Below are positions 1 through 13,864 of a stretch of DNA of 64,000 bases, one piece after another (within the stretch, counting starts at the first letter, position 1; every line of letters starts with the position of its first letter). The position numbers and the translations under genes are program-made. The DNA lies in the NCBI GenBank assembly GCA_951406725.2, contig OX597821.1, forward strand, positions 21,142,001 through 21,206,000, given 5' to 3'. The notes under the pieces were generated by a model, which made no database searches, was not told where the DNA came from, and saw only the letters and a program-made list of their open reading frames with translations. The stretch is from Octopus vulgaris (Eukaryota).

Positions 1-580
1 ATATATACATCTACGCATGTATATATGTACACACATTCAAACATAAATACCTACACGCATCACTCATTCATTCTCTCTCTCACTCTAAGTCTCTCTCTCT
101 CTCTCTCTGTGCGTGTGTGTGTGTGTGTGTGTGTGTATCAGTCTGTCTGTCTGTGTCGAGCATGTTTATAGGCATATATGAATTCCACGAATATACATAC
201 ATCCAAATATATAGAAATAAGTAAAATAAGTAAATGGATCTTCGGTCGATTTCGAAGAAGAGTGAATATTCCTGTTATCAATCAATAGAACCGATGACTC
301 ATTGAATTACTATAGAAATGAAAGTGGATATATGTATGCTTCTAAATGCATGCTACTATGTGTATCTGTTAGTATGTGAGTGTTTTCGTGGTGTTTTGAC
401 GTAGATGAATATGTGTGTGCATGTGGGATAGTGTGTGTAATATTTATAATCCTAGAGATTAACAAGCATGCATACGCGTGTACTTATACAACCAGTCTCT
501 CACAATCGTAGAGATAAAGATTGAATGCACAAAAAATATACAAATGTACGCACCTAAATATATGTAGTTCCTTCTGATAA

Positions 581-611
<31 letters not shown>

Positions 612-741
612 GTGTGTGTTTGCGTGAGTATACGTATACACACACACACACATATATATATATATACATACATACATATATATATATGCATATATGCATA
701 TACGTATATATATATACACACACATATATATATACATATAT

Positions 742-806
<65 letters not shown>

Positions 807-929
807 TAGATAGATAGATATACACACACAGATATACATATATATACGTATATACATATATATATATATATATATATTATATACATGTATGATTGTATGT
901 ATATATGTATATAAAGACAGGCAGACAGA

Positions 930-960
930 CAGATAGATTGATAGATTGATATATATATAT

Positions 961-1026
<66 letters not shown>

Positions 1027-1034
1027 GGCTAGAC

Positions 1035-1096
<62 letters not shown>

Positions 1097-1129
1097 GTAG
1101 GTATGTAGGTAGGTAGGTAGGTAGGTAGG

Positions 1130-1203
<74 letters not shown>

Positions 1204-1216
1204 GATAGATAGATAG
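930..1216. repeat. (ATAG)n/(GTAG)n tetranucleotide microsatellite
   Basis: Direct reading. Confidence 0.95.
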
Positions 1217-1672
1217 ATGACTGAGTGTACTTTTTATTCTGCTATATCTGCGAATATATATTCATACGTTCCTATATTTATTCGCAAACACACACACAGG
1301 CACAAACACAAACACACACACAGGCAAACACATTTACACACATATATGCACACCCATACACATATACATCCACATGAAACAAACATGCAACAGAAACGCA
1401 GACACTCGGAAACACGCACGCCGCACATGCGTAAACGCAAGTATACAAGCATGCAATTCGCAACACATGCCAGTTATCCACGTAGCCCTAGTCCTCATCG
1501 GGCTGATTAGACTGTTCAATAACGCAACAGCGTAGTTCCGTCCAATTAGTGAGAACATGTCCTCGGCTCCACCAACAAAACTGTAGTTAATGTCGAAGGA
1601 ATGTTTCCCTGTATCCTGCCTCCTTTAATGACAATCAATGCAATGAAACATACGCACATCAACCGAAAACAC

Positions 1673-1707
<35 letters not shown>

Positions 1708-1825
1708 CACGCATACACTGAAAAACATTGACGAATGCATAGACATATACACACGCGAAAACGTACGTATTCATATTTATTTTTTCGCACAGAGAAACAT
1801 ATGATTGCACTTATAAGAGGATCTC

Positions 1826-2339
<514 letters not shown>

Positions 2340-2536
2340 CTGACGTGCTGTCACTTCGACTCCGAAGGTAATCGTTTATTTTGACTATTTATAGCCCATA
2401 TTTTGTGTACATTTTTGTAAATAAGTTGTGTAAGGCACCCAACTTTCGTTTGAGTGCTTTTCCAAGGGAGGAATTCGCCCCTAGGGGCAGTTTCAACCCC
2501 ATTTCATTTCTGTAATTTTCTTCTCGACATTAGAAA

Positions 2537-4420
2537 ATGTCGAGAAATTTTATTGTAGAACGCTGGTCGCGTTTCTTTATGGACCAGCATTTTCCTAGTT
2601 TGGAACCGCTAGGAGAAGAAAAAAAGAACTCATGCACGCAAAGTGCAAACATGAATATTGGTGGAATGAACGCTGCAACCACGTGCGGTAACAGCCCTGT
2701 CACCACCACCACCACCACCACTAACAACAGCAACCACGAGACTACTACTGCTACCGCCACCACCACCTCCACCACCACCTCCACCACCACCACCACCACG
2801 ACCAACATAAATGATAAAAATAAAACTCACACGAAAACTATTGACAAAAACAACAGCAACAACAAGAACAACAATAAAAATCTAATAGTGAAGATGTTAA
2901 TATAACAGAATTAACAGCACCAACAAATTTCGCTGACACTCTGCGTTAGAAGAAACAGATTATACATTTCACGAACGAAGAACTTTTAGAAACAAGATCT
3001 CTCTTTACAACCAGAGGGCAAGATTTAGTGCTACATACACCTCAACACATAAAGCAAGAAATAGAAAATAAGACAATTATTTATAAAATTATGAGAAAAA
3101 GCAAAAAACTAAATGAACAGATTACAAAAACGGATGTAGAAAAATGCTTAAAAAACAATGAAAAAAAAGAATACATAAACTGGGGTCCCCAGTTGAACAC
3201 AGTAGTGGTCGGCTTCCCTAACCAGGAAGAGGCAAAAGCTCACTCTACTGAGTCTTTGGAAAATGATGATATCATCATGGTCCCATACTACAAAAATCAG
3301 AGAGTGAGTCGAATCACTATTAAAAATGTACCCCTCGATATTCCTAACAAATGGATAACAGGGGCAATCTGTTATCATTTGAAAACTATCAATATTTTGG
3401 AAACCGCCGTGTACCTTAACGACAATTGGGGCGGAAAAACTATAGTGGTGCCCATACAGATTGAAGGGGCCTCTATCGAGAGCCTACCGGATAAGATCCA
3501 CTTGGAAAATGGGCAAAGCCTATATATTATAGCAGAAGGCAAAAAACCTAGATGCTACAACTGTGGTAGCACCGAACATTTAATTGCCAAGTGCGCTCTG
3601 GTACAGAAAAAACAAGAAAAAACAAATCAGAAAACAAATAAAAAACCCTTGTTGCCAACACCAACACCAACACACTCAATTATGGAACAATGCCAAGAAA
3701 AACAACAAACCAGCAAACAAACCCCAACAACATCACCAAGAAAAGAAACAGTACCAACACAATCACCGTTGACGTCACAGCCAATTCAACATGTTGAATC
3801 AACAAAAAAATAGACCAACACCCACACCGAGGACGACAATTAAAAAGACAGAAAACAGTGACGAGAAGACAAATTCTACCCCTAACACCACAACAACACA
3901 AACACCGCACAAAACATCAACAATTTATACAAGCATACATAGTAATGCAAATGCTTTGCCTCTACCCCATACTGATACGTCGGACGACGAAAGTTCGACG
4001 GTATGGCAAATAGCCACAGGGGGTAAGAAGAAAAGATCCAAAAAATCCACCAAACAAGGAAGTAAAGCAGGGAGATATCTAACTCCGGACAACATCCCCC
4101 TAGACAATCAAAAAAGCAATGAACCCGTAAAACCACACACACAACTAACTGCAATAGACACAGACAATAAAGAATTAATGGACTACATCACATCCAACAC
4201 GGTCATCTGGGAAGATGACTTTAAGACAAACAATCATCCGCACACCACACCACCAAAACACATCAGAATTTTACACATAACACAAGCACAACACCACATA
4301 CTGAAAACAATATTTCCGAATGCGGTAGGCGGGTTTCAACGATACCTGTCGAAAAAACTATACAAACACCTCATCAAAAACAATACAAAAGAAGAAGAAA
4401 AAATGAAACTTTTAAAATGA
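2537..4420 (+). pseudogene. Tx1 ORF1 (gag-like, zinc knuckle), disrupted
   Basis: ORF pieces 2537-2905, 3028-3813 and 3791-4420 join via a frameshift near 2875, an in-frame TAG at 2947-2949 and a frameshift in the A-run near 3805. Contains RITIKNVPLDIP and CYNCGSTEHLIAKC (CX2CX4HX4C). Confidence 0.8.
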
Positions 4421-4508
4421 GTAAGTGACCTCCCCTGTTGCCTCTTGTCTCTTCTAATGTAGTGTGTAAAACACAATTTTCGTAAATGTCAAGTATGCTT
4501 AAATTAGG

Positions 4509-7500
4509 TTGGTGAATGCGCGTGGCTTGGCGTCGGCTTGGAAGCAAGGTTACCTTCTAAACGACATCAAGTCACTGAATGTGGATATAGTAGCTATCAG
4601 TGAAACTAGACTCAGTAATCCGCGGGCCCTCGAATCCATGTTTGGCAATCAATTTGACATTTATTTTTCTCCCTGTCTGCCGAACATGGGTGGTGGAGGT
4701 ACCGCGGCGCTTTTTCGAAAGAGTCTAAATGTAAAAGTAAGAGCAATATTCCTAGACCCGGAGGGTAGGCTGGTTGTCTTGGACGTGGATGGCAGAAATG
4801 GGTGTGCATTCCGTCTGATGGCAGTTTATGCACCGTCCTTAACGGGTCGGGCGGATTTCTTCAGACGTCTAGAGGTTTTCCTGGGTACGTCTAGACCTTT
4901 ACTGTTAGTAGGGGATTGGAACGCTACCTTGGACACGCATCTAGATTATGTGGGAAGGGATAGGAATAGAAGGGGGTGTAAGAGCCTCAAAGACCTGCTC
5001 AGACGTTTCCATTTGTCTGACAGGTTCCGACTCTACCATCCGAACGTGCCAACGTGGACTTGGACAAACCGCGTCGGATCGTCGAGATCTTATCTAGATA
5101 GAATTCTATGCAGGACAGCGGATAGGGATAGTGTAGGATGTCCACAATTTAAAATAGTCAGCTACACAGATCACAAATTTGTTACGTGTACGCTCGACTT
5201 AGATAAAACACATAGGCAGGGTCCCGGTTACTGGAAACTGAACACGTCGCTGTTAGCGCGACAGGTTTACAGGAACCGGATTAGCGAGTTAATTAAGAGG
5301 GCGCTGACGGGAGCCGTCGTTAACTGGTGGTACGCCGTAAAAATGGCAATAAAATCGGAATCAATTAGGTTTAGCAAGGAATTAGCGATAGAACGAAATA
5401 GAGTAGAGGGAGACTTGGTTGAGAAACTAGAAGAGGCACTTACCACTGGCAGCGCAACCAACGTGCTGGCTGCGAGGATGGCCCTCGACCAACACCTCAA
5501 CGCCAAACACGAAGGTTGCGTCGTCAGAGCTAAAATGCGTGCCTTAAGGAACGAAGGGATCGAAGCTGCGCGAGAGGCCCGGGTAGCGGAGGCGCAGCGT
5601 GGCAACAGAGCCACCATTCTGTCTCTAATAGATCAACAGGGATGCAGTTTACTCGAACCCGAAAGAATGTGTGAGGCCTTTCAACAGCACTTTGCTCGAC
5701 TGTTTGGTGCGAGTGGTGGGTCGGAACGCGGGATGGATTTCAGTGCCTACCTGACCGACCTGCCGCGGCTCTCGGCAAGAGAAGCGGAGTGTTGTGAAAG
5801 TCCCATCACAGCCGCTGACGTGTGGGATGCGATGGCGGGCTGCGCAAGGGATAAGTCGCCTGGATTGGATGGTTTACCCTACGAGCTGTATTGTCAAATG
5901 CCAGACTTGTTTGGCGACCTCTTGGCATCAGTCTACTGCAACTGGCAACAAAACGGGAGAATCCCCGGTTTCGTGAGCCGAGGTGCAGTGACGTTGCTGA
6001 GGAAAGACCCAAACAAGGGGAATTTTATAGATAATTTCAGGCCCATCACTCTGCTCAACGCAGATTTGAAAATTTTGGCCAAAGTAATAGCCGAGAGGTT
6101 GGCGCTTGTCATTGGTAAACTGGTCGACAGGGCGCAAACATGCGCCGTGCCGGGCAGAACCATACATGACAACCTCCATCTGATGCGCTACATTGTGGAC
6201 AGGGTAGTTAAGGATCCTGGCATGGGTGGGACGCTGATAAATTTGGATCAGTCTAAAGCCTTCGATAGGGTCGACCATCGGTACTTGGCGGCCGTCCTCA
6301 GGGCGGCTGGCTTCGGTCCCGTCTTCCGCGGTTGGATCGCTACCTTGTATAGCGGCATCCGATCGGTGATTCGGGTGAACGGTCACCTGTCGAAGCCGTT
6401 TGACATCACGCGTTCGGTCCGTCAGGGGCGTCCCCTGTCGGCGCTTCTGTATGTATTGACTCTCGAGCCGCTACTCCTGAAGCTGGCGACACTGAGTGGC
6501 ATCCCACGGGAACTGGGTTGCGGGACGAGCGTGTCGGCATATGCGGACGATGTCACCGTCATAGTGTCGAGCGACAAACACATCAAGATGATAGGCGAGA
6601 CACTAAGAAGATACGAAATGGTGACGGGAGCAAAGATTAACCCGGAAAAGTCAGTGGGTTTGCTACTCGGTAGCTGGAGAAGCAAGCCCATGCCGCCCGA
6701 CTGCGGCTCAGTAGTGGGACGCTGGACGGACGGACCGGTTAAATTGCTCGGGGTCTGGTTCAGTCCGGATCTCCAAATGGATAAGAACTGGGACGAGATC
6801 ACGAGTAGACTGGTCGCTCTCAGCCAAACATGGGCCCAGAGAAAGCTGTCTCTAAAAGGCCGGGCGGAGGTGGTGAACGCGTACATCGCATTTGTCATCG
6901 ATTACCGCCTGACCGTCGTACCTTGTCCCGACGCCACCATTACCAAACTGGAACGCATACTCTTCCGCTTCCTGTGGAAGGGTGGCGTTCCGATGGTGAG
7001 GAAGTCCATTTGCTGTCAACATCCGTTGAATGGAGGACTGGGCATGCCGTGGTTGATGATGCGCAGGCATGCGCTGAGACTGCGACATCTCTGGAACTTC
7101 ATCGACGACGGTGAACAGGTGTGGGCGCCGTTTGTGAGGCGCGACTTCCCGCAGCTCGTCTCACTGACCGAACTGCAAACGTGGATCAAAAAGAGACCGA
7201 AACTAGGCGATTGGCACCGAGAGTGTCGCCAAGCTCTACAGCAGCTCTGCCGACCGGGGTCAAACTTGTGCAACTTACAAACGACTAAAGGGTTCTATAG
7301 AGGACTAGTGGAGGGGCGGTCCGACGACACACTCGGGGCAAACCTGGGCGTCGACGAAGAATTCCTAACCCGCCTGTTCAGGACGACGTTCGGGCCGGGG
7401 CCTATGGATAACTTCCAGAAATCCCTGGCTTGGCAGTGCTATCGAGACGCACTACCTGTTCGAGAGAAGAGCTACAGACATGGTTCGAAAACCATCACCG

Positions 7501-7928
7501 GACCGACCTGCCCGAGATGCGGTCAGAGCGACGAAACCGTTCTGCACGCACTCGTGCAGTGTCCAGATATTTCAGAGCTGTGGTCCTTCGTCGAACAGCT
7601 GTTGTCACGTGTAGGTCGGGCTCGCCTATCGGCCGAGTCTATCGTGTGTATTGTTCCACCACCTTCCTTTAAACGGGAAGGGAAAACGGTTTTCGTTACG
7701 CTGATGGCTATGGCGAAAGAATGTGTGTGGTGGACGCGTTTGAAAGGACTGCAAACAAACACCTTCCTCTCTGGTCAGTCTCTCGTCAACTTTTTCAAGT
7801 ACCTCTTGAAAAGGAGGATGAGAATAGAGAGGAAGGCTTTGTCGAACGAATGTTTTAATAAAAAGTGGGTAAAAGTGGCAAAAATGGTCAGTATGAAAGA
7901 CGACACTATTTTAAGCATAAATCTGTAA
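4509..7928 (+). CDS. Tx1 ORF2: AP-endonuclease / reverse transcriptase / C-terminal zinc finger
   Basis: APE motifs NARGL, ISETR, VYAP, GDWN, YLDRI, TDH. RT motifs KSPGLDG, FRPITLLNADLKILAK, LDQSKAFDRVDH, RQGRPLS, YADD. C-terminal CPRC..ETVLHALVQC. The likely ATG (4486/4495, MLKLG) is out of frame by one base near 4510. Confidence 0.93.
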   Translation: MVNARGLASAWKQGYLLNDIKSLNVDIVAISETRLSNPRALESMFGNQFDIYFSPCLPNMGGGGTAALFRKSLNVKVRAIFLDPEGRLVVLDVDGRNGCAFRLMAVYAPSLTGRADFFRRLEVFLGTSRPLLLVGDWNATLDTHLDYVGRDRNRRGCKSLKDLLRRFHLSDRFRLYHPNVPTWTWTNRVGSSRSYLDRILCRTADRDSVGCPQFKIVSYTDHKFVTCTLDLDKTHRQGPGYWKLNTSLLARQVYRNRISELIKRALTGAVVNWWYAVKMAIKSESIRFSKELAIERNRVEGDLVEKLEEALTTGSATNVLAARMALDQHLNAKHEGCVVRAKMRALRNEGIEAAREARVAEAQRGNRATILSLIDQQGCSLLEPERMCEAFQQHFARLFGASGGSERGMDFSAYLTDLPRLSAREAECCESPITAADVWDAMAGCARDKSPGLDGLPYELYCQMPDLFGDLLASVYCNWQQNGRIPGFVSRGAVTLLRKDPNKGNFIDNFRPITLLNADLKILAKVIAERLALVIGKLVDRAQTCAVPGRTIHDNLHLMRYIVDRVVKDPGMGGTLINLDQSKAFDRVDHRYLAAVLRAAGFGPVFRGWIATLYSGIRSVIRVNGHLSKPFDITRSVRQGRPLSALLYVLTLEPLLLKLATLSGIPRELGCGTSVSAYADDVTVIVSSDKHIKMIGETLRRYEMVTGAKINPEKSVGLLLGSWRSKPMPPDCGSVVGRWTDGPVKLLGVWFSPDLQMDKNWDEITSRLVALSQTWAQRKLSLKGRAEVVNAYIAFVIDYRLTVVPCPDATITKLERILFRFLWKGGVPMVRKSICCQHPLNGGLGMPWLMMRRHALRLRHLWNFIDDGEQVWAPFVRRDFPQLVSLTELQTWIKKRPKLGDWHRECRQALQQLCRPGSNLCNLQTTKGFYRGLVEGRSDDTLGANLGVDEEFLTRLFRTTFGPGPMDNFQKSLAWQCYRDALPVREKSYRHGSKTITGPTCPRCGQSDETVLHALVQCPDISELWSFVEQLLSRVGRARLSAESIVCIVPPPSFKREGKTVFVTLMAMAKECVWWTRLKGLQTNTFLSGQSLVNFFKYLLKRRMRIERKALSNECFNKKWVKVAKMVSMKDDTILSINL

Positions 7929-8053
7929 CCAAAAGAGACAACGAGAAGTAAGGCGACTTACTCATGTGTTCTTTTTCGAATTGTCCGAGGTGACCTCGGT
8001 CTTTTTTGTAGGTTTTTCTTTCCAAGGCTACACCTAAACAGTGAACCTTATAT

Positions 8054-8148
8054 GGAACAAAAGAAAAGAGAAATAAAAATAGAAGACAAAAGGGGAAAAA
8101 AAGGGGAAGAGGAAAAAAACGATCAATAGGGATCGTGTATCACAGTGT
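8054..8148 (-). mobile_element. Inverted Tx1 3'-UTR fragment abutting (ATAG)n
   Basis: Its reverse complement contains acgatccctattgatcg and atttctcttttcttttgttcc, both matching 1904-2057. Confidence 0.7.

Positions 8149-8245
<97 letters not shown>
8149..8245. repeat. (ATAG)n microsatellite
   Basis: Direct reading. Confidence 0.95.
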
Positions 8246-8246
<1 letters not shown>

Positions 8247-9373
8247 TGTAGGTAGGGTAGGTGGATAGATAGACAGTTAGGTAGATAGAGGAAGAGAGTG
8301 AGTAAATATGTGTGTATGTGTATGTGTGGGTGTATGTGAGTGTGTACGTTTAAGTGTACCTGTGTGCCTGTGTATTTCTATGTACATACGTGTGTAAATG
8401 TATGTATGCGTATTAATGAATATGTGCACAGAGAGAATGATAGGTAGTAGATGTGGAGATATATAATACGATGCAAAGATACGCACTCGCACGCGTACAC
8501 ACACCTATATATATGTGTGTGTGTGTGTATGTGTGTGTGTATAGATATATTACGTATGCATTACGTATGTATCGGTAATTCGGAAGATGAGAAAGGAAAA
8601 TAAAATGTGAGAGGAAGAGAATGAACACGCTAGAGTGAAAGTTATGTCAAAAGATAATGATAGAAAGATAAATAGACCGAGAGTGGCGTATAAATGTGAA
8701 GGAATAAAAAACGAAATAGGGTATTGCGACTGTGAAAAGATATGGAAGGTATACAAAATGTAAATGAAAACGTATAGTGAGAAAAAAATGGCAAATCTAA
8801 GTTAAGAAATATAAGTAAATTAGCATAACATTGTCAATAGAAAGATTCCAAGAATATAAGGATTTAATTGGAAATGGCATTTTGGTCAACAAAAATAGCG
8901 AATTAGAATGAGAGGATGGCTAAACTATGTTGCAATAGCATTGTGTAAGTGTATGAATCGTTCATATAGCGTAATTTGTATCATAATCTCGTGGTCTGCT
9001 CTGTGGTTAAAAGTGAAGCTGACAGATTCTTGACGTCATGAAACTAACTAGAAGGATCAACGATAAAGAAGGGTTTCACAGCAGTCTCTATAATTGGTAT
9101 TGCAGTGGTCGCTTACATTTTTATTATACTACATCAGATTAGTTTGAATAGACTGATAAGCCTGCTCAGTAAAGGAGTCGATAAATGATAGAATTCTAAT
9201 CCCATAAAACCATATTTGCTTTCAATCTTTTTCTAGTTATCCACTCTGTACACAAAAATGTCCTCTCATTACTTGCATTGCACGTAATTGACATTCAGAT
9301 TTTTCTATCCACCAGAATATCAAAACTTCGATCATTTTGGAACTTCAACAAGTATCAAAACAAATCGCACATA

Positions 9374-9764
9374 GGCACAGGAGTGGCTGTGTGGTAAGTA
9401 GCTTGTTTACCAACCACATGGTTCTGGGTCCAGTCTCACTGCGTGGCACCTTGGGAAAGTGTCTTCTACTGTAGCCCCGGGCCGACCAAAGCCTTGTGAG
9501 TGGATTTGGTAGACGGAAACTGAAAGAAGCCCATTGTATATATGTATATATATGTATATGCGTGTGTGTGTGTGTGTGTCTGTGATTGTCCCCCTAGCAT
9601 TGCTTGACAACCGATGCTGGTGTGTTTATGTCCCCGTTACTTAGCGATAGAATAAGTACTGGGCTTACAAAAGAATAAGTCCCGGGGTCGAGTTGCTCGA
9701 TTAAAGGCGGTGCTCCAGCATGGCCGCAGTCAAATGACTGCAACAAGTAAAAGAGTAAAAGAGT
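9374..9764 (+). mobile_element. tRNA-headed SINE family A, copy 1
   Basis: Box A/B-like head (tggctgtgtggtaag...ggtccagtctc), internal TA/GT microsatellite, tail (gtaaaaga)n. Close copies at 27708-28094 and 48986-49392. Confidence 0.88.
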
Positions 9765-9944
9765 ATATAGCCGGTTGAAGATATTTCGTGAGCATAGGCG
9801 GATGCCATTGTTATACGACCTAATTTTATTACATTAGAAATCAACTGCAACAGTCAGTCAAACACCGAATGAGAGACCGATGAAGGATACTTGGATCTAG
9901 GTTTGCAACCAGATCTTTCTGTATTGTCAAGAAATATTCTTTTC

Positions 9945-10153
9945 TTCTCTAGGCACAAGACCGAACATTTGGAGGGGGAGGGGGCCAGTCGATTAGATTG
10001 GTCCCAGTACGCAACTGGTACTTAATTTATCGACAACGAAAGGATGAAAGGCAAAGTCAACCTCGACGGAATTTAAACTCAGAACGTAAAGACAGACGAA
10101 ATAGCGCTTAGCATTTTGCCCGATGTGTTAACGTTTCTGCCAGTTCGCCGCCT
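9945..10153 (-). mobile_element. tRNA-headed SINE family B (short tail)
   Basis: Reverse complement ggcggcgaactggcagaaacgttaacac...ttctgagtttaaattccgtcgaggttgactttgcctttcatcctttcg matches 18660 and 53539. Confidence 0.85.
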
Positions 10154-10224
10154 TTTTGGCAAGAAATATTGAAATAACACGGAATTAATATCATACATAG
10201 GTAGTGGGTAGCGATTTTCTTCAC

Positions 10225-10631
10225 TACTTCATGGAGAGACGACCTTGCCTAACACGAGTCCGGGACTCAGCTGGCTCCGGCGAAGAGTACCCGGTATGGG
10301 CCCCTATCCAGGGTTACGGAAATGAGACAACCTTCAAAGAAATCCGGATTAGAGCTCCGTAGGCATTTTAGTGTTCGACTCGACACACTTCCGGCTGCTC
10401 CTGAAACTAAGCTGGTGCCAAACGTAATGCTCTGCACTCCTTTGGACTTCGTCAGCAAGGTCGAGAGAGGAATCCTGACGATTGGGATACCCAGGATTTT
10501 CTTACAGCTAGCTCAGTCCTGCGCAAAAGTGGAGAGGAAACCGGAGAGGACATGAAATGTAAAAAACAGGCTGGATTAGTTTATGCACAACTCCGTTGTC
10601 TCCCGAGATAAAAGGATGCCAACAACAACAA
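10225..10631 (+). mobile_element. Unclassified GC-rich short retroposon with (CAA)n tail
   Basis: GC-rich island in AT-rich context ending ggatgccaacaacaacaa; no protein motif recognised. Confidence 0.4.
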
Positions 10632-11254
10632 AAATACCTTAAACAGACATACATACATACATACATACAAACGTATATAAATTGAAAAAAATATTTTCAC
10701 TTTATTAGCGACCGACTTCAAATCAAAATATAAGTATTTTTAAAATCTCAAAACACAACATACATACAGTATTAGTTGCAAACAACTTGCAGATACAAGT
10801 GGTAACAGCTGAAAGCTCCACATACCGGTCTCTAATAGTATGAGGTCTTCAGGGCTGAATGGGAGATGTTTCGGCACCTTTCTCTAGTCAAACTTATAAA
10901 GCTTTCATCAAATGCGTCTCCATCAGTTGACCAATGCTACAGAGACAAGAAGTCAATCCATTTATATACTCATCAAATCTCGAGTTACTAACGTGCCTTC
11001 TATAACTGTTTAACACTTTATATAGCATAACAATCCTAATACTCTCATTTTTATTACTTTTAGACGTTCACTTTGTATCATAAAATATTTTTGATTATAA
11101 ACGACTTTGTATTTATAAATACAAGAACGTTTTAAATCACCCAATGATTAGCAAACATCTAATTATCAAAGGGAAAACATTATCAGAAAAGCCATTTCTA
11201 TTCATTATTTTCAAATATATAATACTGTACCAACGATTTTCAGTTTCATATTCT

Positions 11255-11299
<45 letters not shown>

Positions 11300-13789
11300 T
11301 AATAAATAAAATATATGCATACATACAAACATATATGTACGTACCTACATCTACATGTATATATATATGCATATATAAATATATATACGTACAGGACACC
11401 ACAAAAAGACGTAGAACTCAACAGAAACGAAAACGGAATAGACATTTTTTTTTTATAACAGAAGGACAGAGACGTGGAACAGGGCGAGAACGAAAACGGG
11501 AAAAACATTTACAACAGAAAAACAAGGTACAGGACATATAATTTGTTGGTGTTTTGTATCGAGCTATTTCACTTTGTTGCATTGTGCTTGTGTTTATATA
11601 TCAGTGTGAATGCCTGCGAGCGTATGTGCGTTTGTGTGTATTTATGTGTGTGTGTGTATGTGGTGGTGGGGGGGGCGTGTATGTGTGACTGTCTATGCGC
11701 GTGTGTCCGTGTGCGTGTGAGTCTGAATGTGATTGCATGCGTTTGTATTCTGATCAGAACTAGCTGTGAATCTGTGACTGGAGATCAAATTTAATATTAT
11801 CGAAAGCATCATTATAATTTATTGTTAAGTTGAAGAGACTAACTTCTTGATGTCAAGGGTAACTAAAGTATAATTCAAATAGTAACCTTAGTTTCTTTCA
11901 AATTCATCGTCTCTCCCGTCACCAGGAGCAGATTTTCCTTTAACTAAATGAAACTGACTGGAACATTTTGAGAATATTGCTGGTAATTGAGTTCCCGTAT
12001 GAAATAGCCTGTAGCTAATGAAAAAAAGAGAAACAGAGTGGGAGGGGCGACAGTCAGCCCAAGTGAGAACGAGACAAAGTGAAAGACTACCAAAATAAGC
12101 GAGAGAGAGAAAGAGGGGGTAGGCAGACAGAGAGGTCAACAAGACGTACAACGAGTGAAGTTATTGAACTGATGAAAATTGCAAGCTGTTTCATTTTATA
12201 CGAAATAGCTTCTCAGTTTTCCATTAAACTCAAGCGTCCAACATTATCAACACCACAGAAAACTACCATCACGACTACAAACAGCGCCATGAATACGACC
12301 GATAGAAGCAGCATACCACTACTGAATAGTCATATTAACAACATCACCACAATCACCACTGGTACTGAAATGCCACTAAACATACAAGTAAATGAATGAT
12401 CCATTATCTGAATTTTCTCTCAATATCACCCGTCATCGAAGAAGTCAATCACTGTTATAATTATTTGCTGCTATGTTTATACTAGTTGCTACTTAATGCC
12501 GCAGCACAAATCGTTTCATTCACTAGTGACTGCAATCATCTATGTCTACCACAGGTCAAAGTTAAGACAATTTACACCCAAAACTACTCACTACTGCAAC
12601 CCCTGACCTCTGAAGACATGCAACAAATTATTTCGTTTATTTGACGCTACAACCACTGGTCACAATAGGTACTAACCTACATCTCTTAGACCGTTGCTTG
12701 TCCTGTATCACATGTGATACAGAATATATTTCCCTACTCTGTAAGCATCCTATTTATTAATCATTCCCAGTATATTTTTTTCGATCACGCAATTACATTG
12801 GACATATGAACGGAAAGCATTATGGTACTTAGAACATACGAAAGAAATTCGTACTAACAGTCGTACTATGGCCATTTAGAAACTTATTGATATACCTTGT
12901 ACAGGCAAAGGGTTAATTAAGAGCAGCTACTAATATTTGCAGATATTAACCAACTACACTTGTTTTTGTCTCAAACCTGCCATTAACCACAACATATATG
13001 AATTACCTCTATAGCACTTACGCTGGTCAATGCAGGCAGTAATTTGCAAATACAGATTTTAATTCACAGCAGCTATTGAACACTGCTTATATCGAGGTCT
13101 TTCGACACCATCATAGCTCTTCATCCACTGAAGTCACTGACCAACGAAATAATTAAGCGCTTTACAAACCGATCTCTGTTTCCCTGACCACCAGATTTAG
13201 CAATCATTGATAATTTTTCTTATAGAACTGCAAGACAAAAGTTTCTAAATCAATACACTGGTCTTATACATCAATAAATACAGACCTTAAATTCGTACAT
13301 TTTTACCCCAATACGTCGCACGTCATCCACACATATATATATTTCTGCTCTTCTCTTCTAAATTCACACCACTCATAGAATTTGATCAGCAATTTTTACG
13401 ATTCTCGCCTATTTACTTTCCTTTGAAAATGTTTTCAATATCATTCCGTGTTCACTGCCATATTTAACTTATCAAAAGTGACATGAACGCTGTAAAAGGC
13501 TAAAACAAAATATAAAAACATTCGAAAAGGAAGGCAAGAACACAAGTAATATAGAGAGAAGAGAAAACAAAAATCGGTTTTGAAATGTCCCAGTCGTAAT
13601 ATTATCGCGAATATTATAATTACTTTAAGCTGGCACGTTCAATGAGTTTCTAAATAGACTCAAATATACACTTAATTGTATTAGTTTAAGCAAATAGCTA
13701 TTCAATTTGGATAACCAACTTGAACATCAATTTCTCCGCTTTCCTATTGGTAATTATTATTTATTTTTTTTGTTTTCTGTTGCCTTCCG

Positions 13790-13822
<33 letters not shown>

Positions 13823-13823
13823 T

Positions 13824-13864
<41 letters not shown>

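Larger units (their letters stand above)
2341..8050 (+). mobile_element. Near-full-length non-LTR retrotransposon, L1/Tx1 clade
   Basis: Starts right after a (CTAT)n tract. Short 5'UTR, A-rich ORF1 with CCHC knuckle, ORF2 with APE + RT + C-terminal Cys/His finger, partial 3'UTR. The normal 3' terminus is replaced by an inverted fragment (8054-8148). Confidence 0.93.

Noticed and set aside
4612-7762. Antisense and alternative-frame ORFs within Tx1 ORF2
   Set aside because: Expected by-products of a GC-rich coding region; no motifs.
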